Of a DNA stretch of 64,000 nucleotides, positions 61,982-64,000 are shown piece by piece. The DNA lies in the IMG/VR virus record IMGVR_UViG_3300028833_000053, one strand, 5' to 3'. Numbering within the stretch: position 1 is the stretch's first letter; each line of letters starts with the position of its first letter. The translations under genes were made by a program, and so were the position numbers. This DNA is from a virus. Taxonomy: Duplodnaviria; Caudoviricetes. Below the pieces are notes generated by a model that made no database searches, was not told the DNA's origin, and was given only the letters and a program-made list of their open reading frames with translations.

Positions 61982-62347
61982 TGGTGGACTAGCCGGGAAT
62001 TGCACCCGGGTCTTGCTCAGGTTCAGATGCCACTTGGTCATATGCTTATGCCCATCTTGGTTTCATTCGGTACAGATAGGGCAATGACTCCCGAATGATT
62101 TTATGGGAATGGCTGCATGTGGACGTTCCCATATTCCACCACAGTTGCGTTGGTAAGTTAAGCCCAACAGGATATTCACGCACAATCTCTCCCATTGAAC
62201 TGCTGTCTTACTGATGTGTTTCAATCAAGCAGCGAGAGCATAATCGTTCTCATTTGAATTTCGGTCAATTTTTAGAGAAGCCACTTGACCAACTTCTGCA
62301 TACATAATGCCACCCTAACATCTGCCAATCGATACTAGTTCTAGCCC
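61982..62347 (-). ncRNA. ssrA: tmRNA
   Basis: 5' GGGCTAG / 3' CTAGTCC-ACCA with G3.U70; T arm CCGGG-TGCAATT-CCCGG; tag frame DRNSNENDYALAA* at 62266-62225. Confidence 0.92.
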
Positions 62348-62372
62348 ATAAATCGTTGTTGTCTATTTACAA

Positions 62373-62591
62373 TTATACCCGTTTCTTATCCTTCTTAGGT
62401 TTCTCGTCGGGGGTATCAATGCCGTTGATGGCGATAAACACGCCCTCAATGGATGGCAACCCCATCACCAGAAAGAACCAACACTTTTCTGTATGTCCGG
62501 CCCTGATTTCAATTCCCGCAACAAAGCACATCATACCAAACGCCAATATGCTGCACAGAACCATGAAATACTTGCCAAAGGTCATTTCCAT
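62373..62591 (-). CDS. Small two-TM membrane protein
   Basis: AAGGA RBS; two hydrophobic segments. Confidence 0.6.
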   Translation of the reverse strand: MEMTFGKYFMVLCSILAFGMMCFVAGIEIRAGHTEKCWFFLVMGLPSIEGVFIAINGIDTPDEKPKKDKKRV

Positions 62592-62598
62592 TTTCCTT

Positions 62599-63012
62599 TC
62601 AGAACTCAATAATAACGCCCTCTGGGGACTGGAACAGAATCTGCCTGTCGGCGGTGTAGTTAATCCTGACCATTCCCTCATCCTTGAACACGCTATCCTC
62701 GTTTACCTCCCACCTCTTCACGTTCTCGGAAGCATCCAACTTGTTGAGAATGTACGGTGCATCGGTCTTCTTGACGAAAAACGCATACTCCCTCCACTTG
62801 CGGTCCTCCTGCTCCTTTTTGAACTTCTCTTCAACCAACTCGTCAATATAGTTCTCCACGCCGGTAAACCCCTTCTCCAGAAGGTACTTGAGAACGTCGG
62901 TGGAAAGGATGAAGTCATGCGCCTCCCCCCATCTGTTGTCAACCAAGGTTAACCGCTTGTCGTCCTTGTAGTTCTCCTTGCAGTTGACCGTCACTTTCTT
63001 GTTTTTCCACAT
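62599..63012 (-). CDS. Hypothetical protein
   Basis: AAGGAG RBS. Confidence 0.7.
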   Translation of the reverse strand: MWKNKKVTVNCKENYKDDKRLTLVDNRWGEAHDFILSTDVLKYLLEKGFTGVENYIDELVEEKFKKEQEDRKWREYAFFVKKTDAPYILNKLDASENVKRWEVNEDSVFKDEGMVRINYTADRQILFQSPEGVIIEF

Positions 63013-63068
63013 TTCTGTTTCTCCTTGTTTTTGTTGTTAATGAATATCGCAGACGGCTGTCTCCTCTA

Positions 63069-63905
63069 TCAGGCAAACTTCAGCGTCCACTTGCAGAACC
63101 AATTGTCCCGGCAAGGCTTCACCACGCTGCTCTGGACGGTACGCGCTTTTGCAGGCTCATCATACTTGGTGAGGACATCAATGTTGACTCCACCGCTTTG
63201 ATAGGTTACGCCAATCTTGACCACGGCAACTCCATCCAAAAGGTCGGATGGAACGCACCCCTCAATACGCTCGGCAATCGTGTCGCAAGACAGACCCTCA
63301 TCATCGTGCTGCCCAAGCATCAGAACGCCATTCTCAAACCAGATGTTCTCTATGCCCCAGAAAGAGTTCTCTGCGTCCTTCGCCACGGGCATCACGGATG
63401 CGTATTGGTCTCCGAAGTCCCTGAGCGACTGGATGAGCTGCCTGAAAGTCAAGGGGGCTTCACCGCCCTTTTCTGTGGCAGCCTCGCCCTTCACCAAAAT
63501 CCTATTGACAACAGATTCCCTCATCTTGCCAAAGTCCAGTTTAGAGGAGCCAGTGTCCTTGTTGGAAATTGTATCATGTCCACGGACATTGTTGCCTTGA
63601 AGCGGGATGTATGCCCTAAGACTTCCCTCCTGCCCGATGTACAGGACGAAAGCGACTGGCAGCTCGTCAAGTCCCTGCGTGTAGCACCACGCCACAGGGA
63701 AACTTGCATCATCAGTCCCCACAATCTCGCATGTTGGAATCTCCCAGTTGATGAATCCAACAATGTCATGACCGACGTCCACCTTGGACAAATCCTTGCG
63801 AACCTTGAGTTTGTCGTTGTCAACTATCGCCTTGAGACCACCATTGTCCTCAATCATCTTCTGGATGTCAGCAATGGTCTGGTTTGGTTTCGCGTATCTG
63901 CTCAT
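63069..63905 (-). CDS. Hypothetical early protein
   Basis: AAGGAG RBS; consensus promoter upstream. Confidence 0.75.
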   Translation of the reverse strand: MSRYAKPNQTIADIQKMIEDNGGLKAIVDNDKLKVRKDLSKVDVGHDIVGFINWEIPTCEIVGTDDASFPVAWCYTQGLDELPVAFVLYIGQEGSLRAYIPLQGNNVRGHDTISNKDTGSSKLDFGKMRESVVNRILVKGEAATEKGGEAPLTFRQLIQSLRDFGDQYASVMPVAKDAENSFWGIENIWFENGVLMLGQHDDEGLSCDTIAERIEGCVPSDLLDGVAVVKIGVTYQSGGVNIDVLTKYDEPAKARTVQSSVVKPCRDNWFCKWTLKFA

Positions 63906-63936
63906 GTTTTCTCCTTGTTTTCCTCAGAACACCTAC

Positions 63937-63965
63937 AGTATATCAAATCTCACGACGGATGTCAA
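63937..63965 (-). promoter_or_regulatory. Early sigma70-type promoter
   Basis: TTGACA-17-TATACT with TG extension, then GTAGGTGTT. Confidence 0.75.
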
Positions 63966-64000
63966 GGGGGTCTACATCATTATTTCAATGACGCTTTCCC

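Overview
A 64-kb segment of a large T4-like (jumbo, contractile-tailed) bacteriophage genome that appears to read TAG as a sense codon (probably Gln, genetic code 15). Many ORFs in the supplied track are fragments; reading through TAG joins them into complete genes. These include portal, neck (gp14-like), tail terminator (gp15-like), a Stealth phosphotransferase, glycosyltransferases, BspA-type LRR proteins and a 1083-aa coiled-coil protein. In-frame TAGs are concentrated in genes behind a T4-late-like (G/T)GTAAATA motif and are nearly absent from genes behind sigma70-type promoters. Accessory regions hold a tandem array of seven genes sharing only the N-terminus MK(I/V/L)RxDYVSNSSSSSF, an eight-member paralogue family in two blocks, two Tat-signal paralogues, an AAA-NADAR fusion, RNA ligase, LemA, a ClpP-like protease and an outer-membrane beta-barrel. 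RNA genes are tmRNA, an unusual long-variable-arm tRNA(UCU), an 85-nt CCA-ended tRNA-like RNA and two further ncRNA candidates. No TAG-suppressor tRNA, integrase, CRISPR array or rRNA was seen. All family assignments come from motif recognition by eye, not database searches.
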